Made by a program: the position numbers and the translations under genes. DNA of 57,291 bases from a virus (taxonomy: Duplodnaviria; Caudoviricetes), in IMG/VR virus record IMGVR_UViG_3300008954_000065, positions 1-57,291 of that record, one strand, 5' to 3'. Shown in pieces: positions 7,993 through 16,031 of the stretch. The stretch's first letter is position 1. Each line of letters begins with the position of its first letter. The notes beneath the pieces were generated by a model. The model was given only the letters and a program-made list of their open reading frames with translations. It made no database searches and had not been told where the DNA came from.

Positions 7993-8255
7993 TTCTTCGC
8001 CCGGTATGCGCGCATATATTTCGCTGGGTGACTATAAGATGCGGGCACCCTCCCATCCGCCAGTCCTGCTTGCTCCAGCATTTCTTGTGAGATCCATTCC
8101 GGCATGTGGACCTCTGCTTCAGCAGCGGCTGAAGACCAAATGGTGATCGCTACTCCCAGACATTCGTGATGCGTGTGTCCGGTGATTTCAGCCAGCGCTA
8201 AAACGCGGGGGTCCGATATGGCATCCAGGGACAACCTTAACTGTTTCAGTGACAT
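7980..8255 (-). CDS. Replication initiator N-terminal-like domain (91 aa)
   Basis: LSLDAISDPRVLALAE...LGVAITIW resembles N-termini of phage replisome organisers; GGAG RBS; stop lies in iteron 4. Confidence 0.55.
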   Translation of the reverse strand: MSLKQLRLSLDAISDPRVLALAEITGHTHHECLGVAITIWSSAAAEAEVHMPEWISQEMLEQAGLADGRVPASYSHPAKYMRAYRAKKRKV

Positions 8256-8287
8256 AACTCGCTCCCTATTTTTTTTGTTCTACGGTG

Positions 8288-8316
8288 TTGATCTTTTTGC
8301 CCCGCGACATTAGTGT
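8288..8316 (+). promoter_or_regulatory. Sigma70-type promoter TTGATC-17bp-TAGTGT in divergent intergenic region
   Basis: TTGATC 8288-8293, TAGTGT 8311-8316; inverted repeat GTTGATCT/AGATCAAC at 8287-8294 and 8318-8325. Confidence 0.6.
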
Positions 8317-8373
8317 GAGATCAACGGATCAAAAAAATACAAACAAACATCAAAAAAGTCAAAGGGAGATCAC

Positions 8374-8811
8374 ATGAAACAGCCAAACATTATCGCAACC
8401 GATTTTTCGGACATCAGCTCAGTCCAGCTATGCGGGCAGGATGCGTCCTTAGTATGGGATGCAGACACGGCATCCGGCAAGCTTACATTGACCGGTTCTG
8501 AGCCATTTGATGCCGGAACCCAACACCTTCTGCTTAACTTCTTCTTTGACAAAAGCGGCGATGACCTATGCGACCTGAAGAAGATGATAGCCCGCGAGTC
8601 CGATGGCTTCTCCTCCCTGCTACTTCAGCATGAGTCTGGCATCAGCCTTCCCGCGAAAATGGAATCCTGCTTGATGATGCCTGGACCAGAAAAGATCCGC
8701 TATCGGATCGAATACTTCGTGTGCATTCTTCTAGATGGCGAAGAGATTGATTCTGAAGACCACATGCTTGAGATTCTGCATCCACGCAGCTTGGAGGAGA
8801 TGTATGGATAA
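8374..8811 (+). CDS. Hypothetical protein
   Basis: GGGAG RBS, first gene of rightward operon. Confidence 0.75.
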   Translation: MKQPNIIATDFSDISSVQLCGQDASLVWDADTASGKLTLTGSEPFDAGTQHLLLNFFFDKSGDDLCDLKKMIARESDGFSSLLLQHESGISLPAKMESCLMMPGPEKIRYRIEYFVCILLDGEEIDSEDHMLEILHPRSLEEMYG

Positions 8812-8971
8812 TGAGTTTCAGGAAAATCTCAGCAATGTTTTCACCGGTCTGCTCGGATTGATGAAAACAAGCGACAAGAAAACAAAAAAAGAACTGGAAA
8901 AAATGGCCTTATTCTTCATTCAAATGGAGGTTGAGGCGTACAAAAAAACGGAGGAAGAAAATGGGAATTAA
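8804..8971 (+). CDS. Hypothetical protein
   Basis: GGAGGAG RBS, ATG 8804. Confidence 0.6.
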   Translation: MDNEFQENLSNVFTGLLGLMKTSDKKTKKELEKMALFFIQMEVEAYKKTEEENGN

Positions 8972-9263
8972 GATGCACAACAATGGGGTTTTAGATTACC
9001 TCGATTCGGAAATGCCAGAAGGACCAACCTACGATGTGGAACTCGACGGTCACCTGCTCGACTTCATGGATGACGTTTCAGATATCCTATCCAAAAACGT
9101 AGACATCTTGCATCGGGCCAGAAGAGAGTTGATGCGCAAAGGGCCTGAGAATGCGCTATCGGTCCTAGTTGTTGATGGTCAAGTGGAGATCCTACGCGAA
9201 ATGAAACACCAGATAAACATGGTGGGAGAAAGGAAGCGACACGATGCAGCATCCAAATTTTGA
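8961..9263 (+). CDS. Hypothetical protein
   Basis: GGAGG RBS, ATG 8961. Confidence 0.7.
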   Translation: MGIKMHNNGVLDYLDSEMPEGPTYDVELDGHLLDFMDDVSDILSKNVDILHRARRELMRKGPENALSVLVVDGQVEILREMKHQINMVGERKRHDAASKF

Positions 9264-9414
9264 GACAGTGAAGACCCGTGCCCATTGCCTGGCGCTCCAA
9301 GCAGCCACGCGGGCACACGGAGACGCTTGGATTGATTTGATTCAGGCGCAATTGAAACTGAAACTAGCGGAAAAGAAACTAGAGAAAATAAAAAAAGAAA
9401 GAAGGACAAGATGA
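9244..9414 (+). CDS. Small basic coiled-coil hypothetical protein (56 aa; not in ORF track)
   Basis: MQHPNFETVKTRAHCLALQAATRAHGDAWIDLIQAQLKLKLAEKKLEKIKKERRTR; stop overlaps ATG 9411. Confidence 0.5.
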   Translation: MQHPNFETVKTRAHCLALQAATRAHGDAWIDLIQAQLKLKLAEKKLEKIKKERRTR

Positions 9415-9707
9415 CCAAACCAGAAACCCACAAAATCCACAAGTTCCACGGTGATACACATAGCTTCGAGGAATCGCTGGATATTTTCAGTGACACCATT
9501 TTTCTGCTTGATGTGCTCGGACGCATCATGGAAGCAAATGAAAATGATCCAGACTCAGTGTCCTGCTACATACCCACATGGCCACAGCTAATGTTGCTCC
9601 ACGAAACCTATGCGCGCGGACAAGCGCTCGGTTTCAATGAAGGACTAATGGAAGCTTCCACCAAAAAGAAAACCGCCAAGAAGAAGAAGAAAGGTGGTGC
9701 GAAATGA
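9411..9707 (+). CDS. Hypothetical protein with Lys-rich tail
   Basis: AAGGA RBS; ATGA coupling. Confidence 0.7.
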   Translation: MTKPETHKIHKFHGDTHSFEESLDIFSDTIFLLDVLGRIMEANENDPDSVSCYIPTWPQLMLLHETYARGQALGFNEGLMEASTKKKTAKKKKKGGAK

Positions 9708-9940
9708 AGAACATCAAAGACATCGCGGTCCCCACTGTGGATATCGATCTTTTGAGGGTCCAAAGGGATGCGCTTCTGGAGATGATAGACATCGCCCCAC
9801 TTCTCAATGATGGGTGCGTGGGCGCAGCGCTGGAAATCATGGATTCTGTGACAAACCGAAACGGGGTCGATTTCATCCAGGGGTTGATCGAAATGCTGGA
9901 CGCAATGCTGGACATTGCGGAGCTGGGTGGTGCGAAATGA
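9704..9940 (+). CDS. Hypothetical protein
   Basis: ATGA coupling. Confidence 0.7.
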   Translation: MKNIKDIAVPTVDIDLLRVQRDALLEMIDIAPLLNDGCVGAALEIMDSVTNRNGVDFIQGLIEMLDAMLDIAELGGAK

Positions 9941-10087
9941 CATTCCATAAGTGAGTGCGATGATGAAAAAATCATGTGGGAACTTGCAAACCTAAATGGA
10001 CAAGAGTGGGAAGAAACAAAGGCTTACGCCAAATCTATTGTTGTCGGCAACGGATGCTGAAAAACAGAAAGAAGAAAGGAAGAACAG

Positions 10088-11011
10088 ATGAAAAGACTAG
10101 AAGGAATAGGCGGAACAGATGTGGGATGCTTGCTGGGAGTAGGGTTCAAGAGCCCCTATGAGCTTTGGGAGGAAAAGACTGGGCGCGGGAAGGAATTTTC
10201 CATGAACGAAGCGATGCGCTGGGGGGTGGCACTGGAAGACGTTTTGCGCGTTCGATACGCGGAAGAGACCGGGCACAAGGTTGATACAATCGAGCCTGTT
10301 CGCCACCCGAAACATGAATGGTGGGTAGGTTCGCCCGATGGGGTAACGCCAGACCGTGTGCTGGAGATAAAAACTGCACGATTCCAGGGAGATGACTGGG
10401 GAAATCCGGGCACAGATCAAGTGCCAATGGGCTATTATTGCCAGGTACAGTGGTACATGGCAGCCCTATCCCTCAACAAAGCCGACATTGCCGTGCTTTT
10501 TTCCGGCCAGGACTTCGCCATTTATCATATCGAAAGAGATGACAAGTGCCTAAAAAGCCTGTATAAAAAAGCTAAGAACTTCTGGGAGAAAAATGTCAAG
10601 GAAGACATACCACCAGAGGAAATGTCAGCGAAAGAGCAACAGCGGTATCTCGGCATAAAATACCCGAATGATGACGGTGAAATAAAGGTTGTGGGAAATG
10701 ACGACTCTGATATGAAAGAAGCAGAGGCAATGGAATCCCTACTGTACATCAAGAAGGAGATAGAGGCTCTCAAGGAAAGAAAGGAAGAGATAGAGGCTGA
10801 GATAAAATCTTCGATTGGGCCAAATAAGGGTATGCAATCAGACCTTTATCGGGCCACATGGACCCCGCAAACGAGAAAAACAATGGACCAGAGTCGCTTT
10901 AAGGCCATGGTTGCTGATGAAATAGGGTCCAAAAGAGCCCAGGAGATGATCGAAAAATGCAAGAAGGAAAACAGCTACAGAGTCTTGAGACTGACGGAGC
11001 GAAAACAATAG
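10088..11011 (+). CDS. YqaJ-like viral recombinase / lambda-type exonuclease
   Basis: GIGGTD, SPYELWEEKTG, SPDG, LEIKT, YYCQVQWYM motifs. Confidence 0.93.
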   Translation: MKRLEGIGGTDVGCLLGVGFKSPYELWEEKTGRGKEFSMNEAMRWGVALEDVLRVRYAEETGHKVDTIEPVRHPKHEWWVGSPDGVTPDRVLEIKTARFQGDDWGNPGTDQVPMGYYCQVQWYMAALSLNKADIAVLFSGQDFAIYHIERDDKCLKSLYKKAKNFWEKNVKEDIPPEEMSAKEQQRYLGIKYPNDDGEIKVVGNDDSDMKEAEAMESLLYIKKEIEALKERKEEIEAEIKSSIGPNKGMQSDLYRATWTPQTRKTMDQSRFKAMVADEIGSKRAQEMIEKCKKENSYRVLRLTERKQ

Positions 11012-11034
11012 AGGCAGAAAAGAAGGAGGGAAAA

Positions 11035-11691
11035 ATGGTTGTTTCAGGAAAGCAAATGCAAAAGGTGAACATCAGCGAAAATGGTGTCCAGTTATCAGAC
11101 TTGGACTCATTGCAGAGATTCTGCAAAATGGCCCACGCATCCGGGTTTTTCGGGTCCAGGGCTACGGGAGAAGCGCTCATTCGAGAGCTGGCCCAGGCAG
11201 CAGTCAAGGTGGAATACGGCCTAGAGATTGGGCTAAAGCCCATCTCAGCGCTCATGAATGTCTATACCGTGGATGGGAAACCTAGCCTATCCAGCGGGGC
11301 AATCGGCGGCCTCATCCGAAAATCAGGCAAATACACGTATACAGTCAGCTCGACCGATCAACAATGCACCATTGAATGGTTCGAGCGATATAACGGCCAG
11401 CGAGAGCCCCTGGGGCAGTCTTCATTCAACATGGAAGACGCCAAGAAGGCAGGTCTCTCAGGCAGAAACCCATGGAAGAGATACCCAAAGGCAATGCTAT
11501 TCGCCCGCGCTTTGACGCAGGGCGCAAGGATGTTTTGCCAGGATATCTTCCTGGGCGCAGTCTACACGCCAGAAGAACTCTCGGACGGAAAGATGACAGA
11601 AGACGATTTCGAGGGAGATGTTGAACGGCAGGTGGAGGCCACAGTTGTTGGCAGTCCATCAGATTTATTTGGAGACGACGATGACGATTGA
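11035..11691 (+). CDS. RecT/Red-beta-like single-strand annealing protein
   Basis: Follows exonuclease; GLEIGL.P..AL.NVY.VDGKP, W.RYPKAMLFARA, YTPEE; acidic tail. Confidence 0.8.
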   Translation: MVVSGKQMQKVNISENGVQLSDLDSLQRFCKMAHASGFFGSRATGEALIRELAQAAVKVEYGLEIGLKPISALMNVYTVDGKPSLSSGAIGGLIRKSGKYTYTVSSTDQQCTIEWFERYNGQREPLGQSSFNMEDAKKAGLSGRNPWKRYPKAMLFARALTQGARMFCQDIFLGAVYTPEELSDGKMTEDDFEGDVERQVEATVVGSPSDLFGDDDDD

Positions 11692-11878
11692 GGAAATGTT
11701 TAGCGGGTTGGGTGTAAAGATCGATACGATAGAGTTTAAGGAATACGTGTCCAAATACGCGATTCAAAACGTACCCCCCGGTGGACTCATAACCGCATGG
11801 GTTGGAGAAGACGATGGAACAGAAGAAGTCATGGCAACTTGCCAACAAAATCGTAAGGGTAATCGAACAAGACCTTGA
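11681..11878 (+). CDS. Hypothetical protein
   Basis: GGAG RBS, ATG 11681. Confidence 0.5.
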   Translation: MTIEEMFSGLGVKIDTIEFKEYVSKYAIQNVPPGGLITAWVGEDDGTEEVMATCQQNRKGNRTRP

Positions 11879-12068
11879 TCTTGACGAACAAAAAGAGCTT
11901 ATCGTCTTATGGTGGGCCCTGACCTTTCTCCAGATGGAACTCACATCCAGGCTGAAAATGTCAATGGATGAGCAAAGGGAGAACCTGCACCGAGCAATGA
12001 AGCTTGTCTCCAGGGGCCACAACGTAGAAATGCCACCGGAGCCGGAAGATAAATGGGACATACACTGA
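11802..12068 (+). CDS. Hypothetical protein
   Basis: 88-aa ORF in operon; likely start MEQKK. Confidence 0.6.
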   Translation: MEKTMEQKKSWQLANKIVRVIEQDLDLDEQKELIVLWWALTFLQMELTSRLKMSMDEQRENLHRAMKLVSRGHNVEMPPEPEDKWDIH

Positions 12069-12613
12069 TCGCCATAGACCCAGGGTCAAAGACCGGATGG
12101 GCCATCTATGAGAACCACCATCTTTTCCTGTCAGGAGAAAAACCCCTAAAGGTTGCCGTACAGGAAATAAAGGAAAACATAGATGGAAAGCGTGTGGATG
12201 CCTTTGCGATTGAGAATATGTACTTTGGGGCTGGTCGGGCAAGCCCGAGCGCCCTCTACAAACTTGGACATAACACGGGATACATTGTTGGGTTGCTTGA
12301 ACCCTACCTGAATAACGACACCGTGATGTGGAACCCTCAGCCTGGAGAATGGCGAAAGGTTTTAGAGTTTGCTCGCGGGAGCAGGGAAGAAATGGCCGCC
12401 CTGGCATTAGAAAAAGCTGAAACCATTGCCGCACAGAAACTGGAGGGCCCAAGAGGTGGCAAACACATAGACCGAGCAATGGCCATCTGCATAGGAAGGG
12501 CCATGACTTTAATACTGAAAGGGGACTTTAAAAATGAAGAGCCGACAAAAAGAAAAACTAAAACTAGAAAGAAGCAAAAAAAGACCAGCGTACCTAAAGC
12601 GGTCAAGAGTTGA
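12053..12613 (+). CDS. RuvC-like Holliday junction resolvase
   Basis: IAIDPG..TGWA, AIE, P.EWRK, D.AMAI RNase H-fold motifs. Confidence 0.8.
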   Translation: MGHTLIAIDPGSKTGWAIYENHHLFLSGEKPLKVAVQEIKENIDGKRVDAFAIENMYFGAGRASPSALYKLGHNTGYIVGLLEPYLNNDTVMWNPQPGEWRKVLEFARGSREEMAALALEKAETIAAQKLEGPRGGKHIDRAMAICIGRAMTLILKGDFKNEEPTKRKTKTRKKQKKTSVPKAVKS

Positions 12614-13031
12614 GCGAGAGTTCATAGAGGTCATAACAGACTTTATCGAGTTTCAGGATGCACCAATCGAGCATCAAGAGGAGGTAAAAAAAAGAACAAA
12701 CGAAAAGAAAAACGGCAGGCATGTAATACCAGTCTCAACAGTGAGAACCATGCTTAGAAAAATGGACAAGTTTGGGCACATCAAATGGCTCGAAGATATA
12801 TTTAAAGAAAGGATGCAAGCGGAACTTGGGGATTTCACCCCAGGAAAACCTGGTCCGACTCCACCGTCGCCAGGAGACATGAAAACATATTCGATACTAA
12901 CAGACACCAAAGGTAGGTCTTTTGCAAGAATACCTACGTGTACGCTTGGACTGGATGACGGGGAAAAGATTCTCGTTGAGTTTAGGTCTTCGCGTATAAT
13001 CATCACACCACAAAAGGAGATAGAGTCATGA
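12534..13031 (+). CDS. Hypothetical protein, possible C-terminal AbrB-like DNA-binding domain
   Basis: RIP...LGL.DGEKILVEF....IIITP pattern. Confidence 0.5.
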   Translation: MKSRQKEKLKLERSKKRPAYLKRSRVEREFIEVITDFIEFQDAPIEHQEEVKKRTNEKKNGRHVIPVSTVRTMLRKMDKFGHIKWLEDIFKERMQAELGDFTPGKPGPTPPSPGDMKTYSILTDTKGRSFARIPTCTLGLDDGEKILVEFRSSRIIITPQKEIES

Positions 13032-13420
13032 ATACATTTTTCTTAAGCGGTCGCCTAGGGGCTGACCCTGAAGTTAAGTTCACCAAGGGTGGTCTCGCCA
13101 TCACAACCATCAGCATTGCCAATAATCGACGCGTCAAAAAGGACGATGCGTGGGAGGATAAGACAGACTGGTTTAGGATAAAGTTCTTCGGAAAGAAGGG
13201 CGAGGTGGTGGGAGAGCATTTCTCTAAAGGGAAATACATCAACACATGGGGCCGCATTGAGCCATTCTCATACGAAAAGGATGACGGACAGAAGGTGTAC
13301 GGACATGACTTCTGCGCCAACGATTTTGACTTTGTTGACAAGAAGGGAGAGGGGGGCGGCGAAGCTGCACCCAAGGCTCGCTCAACATCTTCCGCCGATG
13401 CGGATGAACTTCCATTTTAG
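13028..13420 (+). CDS. ssb: Single-stranded DNA-binding protein
   Basis: MN...GRLGADPE, W..KTDWF, KG, C-terminal DELPF. Confidence 0.95.
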   Translation: MNTFFLSGRLGADPEVKFTKGGLAITTISIANNRRVKKDDAWEDKTDWFRIKFFGKKGEVVGEHFSKGKYINTWGRIEPFSYEKDDGQKVYGHDFCANDFDFVDKKGEGGGEAAPKARSTSSADADELPF

Positions 13421-13427
13421 GTGAACC

Positions 13428-13862
13428 ATGAGCAGCGTTAAGATAAAAATAAAGCCGCTCAGAGAAGACTGTAAGCTACCCGAGCGTAAGACCTCGGGGG
13501 CTTCCTGTCTGGACCTGTATGCTTGCATGGATGTAACCATGTATCCGAATGACACAAGAATCATAAGAACAGGGTTCGCCCTGGAGCTGCCTCCCGGTGT
13601 CGAAGGACAGATAAGGCCCCGCTCAGGGTTGGCTTCCAGGGGTATTGCCGCACACTTCGGAACGATTGACTCAGACTATCGCGGCGAAGTCAAAGTTATC
13701 CTCATAAATATGAGCAAGAAGAAACACGAGATTAGATCCGGGGACAGGATTGCGCAGCTTGCAATAAACTCCACCGTGACAGACAAGCTGGTGTTCCTTG
13801 TGACCGAGTGCTTAAGCGAAACGAAGAGGGGAGAAAAAGGGTTTGGCTCAACAGGAGACTAA
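13428..13862 (+). CDS. dut: Trimeric dUTPase
   Basis: PRSGLA, GTIDSDYRGE, GDRIAQL, RGEKGFGSTG motifs. Confidence 0.97.
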   Translation: MSSVKIKIKPLREDCKLPERKTSGASCLDLYACMDVTMYPNDTRIIRTGFALELPPGVEGQIRPRSGLASRGIAAHFGTIDSDYRGEVKVILINMSKKKHEIRSGDRIAQLAINSTVTDKLVFLVTECLSETKRGEKGFGSTGD

Positions 13863-13882
13863 TACGGAAGATTGGCGACGGG

Positions 13883-14083
13883 ATGGACGACTACGAGGCT
13901 ATCAAAAAACTGATAATAGAGACCCTGTACTCAAGGGAGCTGTCAAAAACTCCAGAGGAAGAGAGAGATAACTGCGCATCAGTAATAAGGTCCATGAACC
14001 TGGAAGAGATAAAGAAAACAATAAGGGTGCGGAAAAATGCAGGAGAGACTGTTCCTAGGGATTGTGACAAAGATAAAATATAA
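13883..14083 (+). CDS. Hypothetical protein
   Basis: ORF in operon, ATG 13883. Confidence 0.55.
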   Translation: MDDYEAIKKLIIETLYSRELSKTPEEERDNCASVIRSMNLEEIKKTIRVRKNAGETVPRDCDKDKI

Positions 14084-14099
14084 TATAGACGGAGGCACC

Positions 14100-14348
14100 A
14101 TGGGCACCCGCATGGTGCTGTGGGTAAAGCCGGTATACGGAAGTGCAAAGAACAACCTGGTCGCGCCAGGAGGCAAGACTGCCCCGTTTCCCGTAGAGAT
14201 AAACGAGAGGCTTACCATCAAACACATAAAGAATATAGAAGTGGGAGACCTGCTGGAGATAAAAAGCCTTTACAAGATAAAGCCGAACAAGGACAGCATT
14301 GTCATTTTTGAAATAAACAAAAAGAGGTTACCTTCACATGAAAAATAA
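14100..14348 (+). CDS. Hypothetical protein
   Basis: GGAGG RBS, ATG 14100. Confidence 0.65.
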   Translation: MGTRMVLWVKPVYGSAKNNLVAPGGKTAPFPVEINERLTIKHIKNIEVGDLLEIKSLYKIKPNKDSIVIFEINKKRLPSHEK

Positions 14349-14520
14349 AAAATGGCAGCACGACGGAGCATTCTGTCAAGAGCTTATAAAAAAAGAATAC
14401 GCAAAAAGAAACAAGAAGGGCGGGCTTGACCCGGTTGTGTCAGATGGACTTATAATCTATATGTGGGAAATGTTTAAAGCGGGAATCATGCACGAAAAAA
14501 ACATGGGCGAAAAAAGATGA
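14338..14520 (+). CDS. Hypothetical protein
   Basis: GAGG RBS, coupled to neighbours. Confidence 0.6.
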   Translation: MKNKKWQHDGAFCQELIKKEYAKRNKKGGLDPVVSDGLIIYMWEMFKAGIMHEKNMGEKR

Positions 14521-14834
14521 ATACCAGGGCATTTCTTGGCGCAATATTTAACCGTGTGCAAAGAGACAGGGAGATAAAGTTCTCCGGCGTCAGGGTTGAG
14601 TGTGGCTCCTGGTTTTCTGCTTACCAGTACGTGTATGAGACAGACCCGCTAACAGGCAAAGACGTGACAGACTTCTCAACAGAGATGAAATCGATGGAAG
14701 ATGTTGAATGCAACGAGGACGGTGAAGGAAAAGTTGTATTCACAATAAAGAAAGAGATAGTGAATAGGATCAAAGGGGATCAAAATGGAAAAATGGAATC
14801 TGGAACAGAAAAAGCTCGCGAGGGCACTGCTTAG
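14517..14834 (+). CDS. Hypothetical protein
   Basis: ATGA coupling. Confidence 0.65.
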   Translation: MNTRAFLGAIFNRVQRDREIKFSGVRVECGSWFSAYQYVYETDPLTGKDVTDFSTEMKSMEDVECNEDGEGKVVFTIKKEIVNRIKGDQNGKMESGTEKAREGTA

Positions 14835-15132
14835 TTATCCTGACTTGGTAAAAAAGGCCGTGTTAGCTCTCGATGTAATGCCCAAGACATTGAACGAGGA
14901 GCTTCGTACATTTATCGCCCAACTGGCAATCCTGGTAGACAAATACCCGGATGACCTGGGCAAGGCCCTGATGCAGACACCTGTGAAGCGCAACGGTGTG
15001 CTGGCCTACATATTCTATGAGGTACACGGAACAAAGAAGAGAGAAGATTTCAATGTCCAGATAGACAGATGGGATTGCGATCAAGTTGTGAACGATTTCC
15101 TAAAGAAGCGCTTTGTGAAAAAGGAAAAGTGA
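14785..15132 (+). CDS. Hypothetical protein
   Basis: AAGGGG RBS. Confidence 0.65.
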   Translation: MEKWNLEQKKLARALLSYPDLVKKAVLALDVMPKTLNEELRTFIAQLAILVDKYPDDLGKALMQTPVKRNGVLAYIFYEVHGTKKREDFNVQIDRWDCDQVVNDFLKKRFVKKEK

Positions 15133-15188
15133 TGAATCACAAAAAGAAAGAAGACACCATTCATTAGTGGTGGAGGTAAGGGGTACAT

Positions 15189-16007
15189 ATGGACAAGGGA
15201 AAGACGCTCGCCAAGGAAGAGATTTACGGTGACCTCGACGCGCTGTTTGAGAAGGCGACGACGAGAACCTGGGAAAACAGTACGGTCTGCCCGGAAACGC
15301 GAAAGTGGAGTATAAGAAACAGCAAGGAACATTTCCTAATAGATATGGAGAGAAAGATAGGAGGCATGCGCCGCGAGTTGGCACTCGAAGCCATTAAGAG
15401 CCGTGGGTATAAAATGTTTTCCAGCGAAGATTCTTTGAGTTCATGGCTTGAGGAAAACATAAGCAGCAATTTTCATGTCATACCGGAGGTTTGGGGAAAG
15501 CACACGCCGACTGGGAAAAACATAAGAATAGATTTCATACTGTACCCCAGGGAGCACCTGGTCAAGGCTGGTTTTATAGAGAAACCGTTTGGCGTCGAAG
15601 TGAAACACTTTGACCTTATGAACACCAAGGGGCAGGTAAAGAAAATAAGAAAGACATTGAGGCAGTCTCAAACATATCAAGAATCTATATACTCCAGGTC
15701 TGGAAGAAAATTTTCTACCGCGTTTACATTAATTTTCTCAAACTTATCGTTTATCCGCGAAAGAAGATTTGCGTTTGACTGTAACAGCGAACTTAAACCG
15801 GCCTACAAGGCAATGATGTGCTCGTTAAGGTATTCGATGGTGGGCGAGTTGATCATACCGGGCTACGTGCCGGACACAGACGGTTGGAAAATTTCTTTTT
15901 CTGGCCAGGTCTGGGCATCGTGTGGCGATGGCCGCTCCCCTGACGGGGCCTCCTTTAGCCCTGTAAACGATATCTTTAAAGCGCCCCTGAAGGTGGGGTC
16001 ACTGTAA
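15189..16007 (+). CDS. Hypothetical protein, putative PD-(D/E)XK nuclease fold
   Basis: E...RIDFIL...FGVEVK and Q..Y spacing. Confidence 0.5.
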   Translation: MDKGKTLAKEEIYGDLDALFEKATTRTWENSTVCPETRKWSIRNSKEHFLIDMERKIGGMRRELALEAIKSRGYKMFSSEDSLSSWLEENISSNFHVIPEVWGKHTPTGKNIRIDFILYPREHLVKAGFIEKPFGVEVKHFDLMNTKGQVKKIRKTLRQSQTYQESIYSRSGRKFSTAFTLIFSNLSFIRERRFAFDCNSELKPAYKAMMCSLRYSMVGELIIPGYVPDTDGWKISFSGQVWASCGDGRSPDGASFSPVNDIFKAPLKVGSL

Positions 16008-16031
16008 GCATAAAAATAAAAGGGAACGGCA

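Noticed and set aside
9270-9325. Inverted repeat CCGTGCCC...GGGCAC as tRNA/ncRNA
   Set aside because: No cloverleaf or T-loop consensus, and it lies within a plausible small ORF 9244..9414
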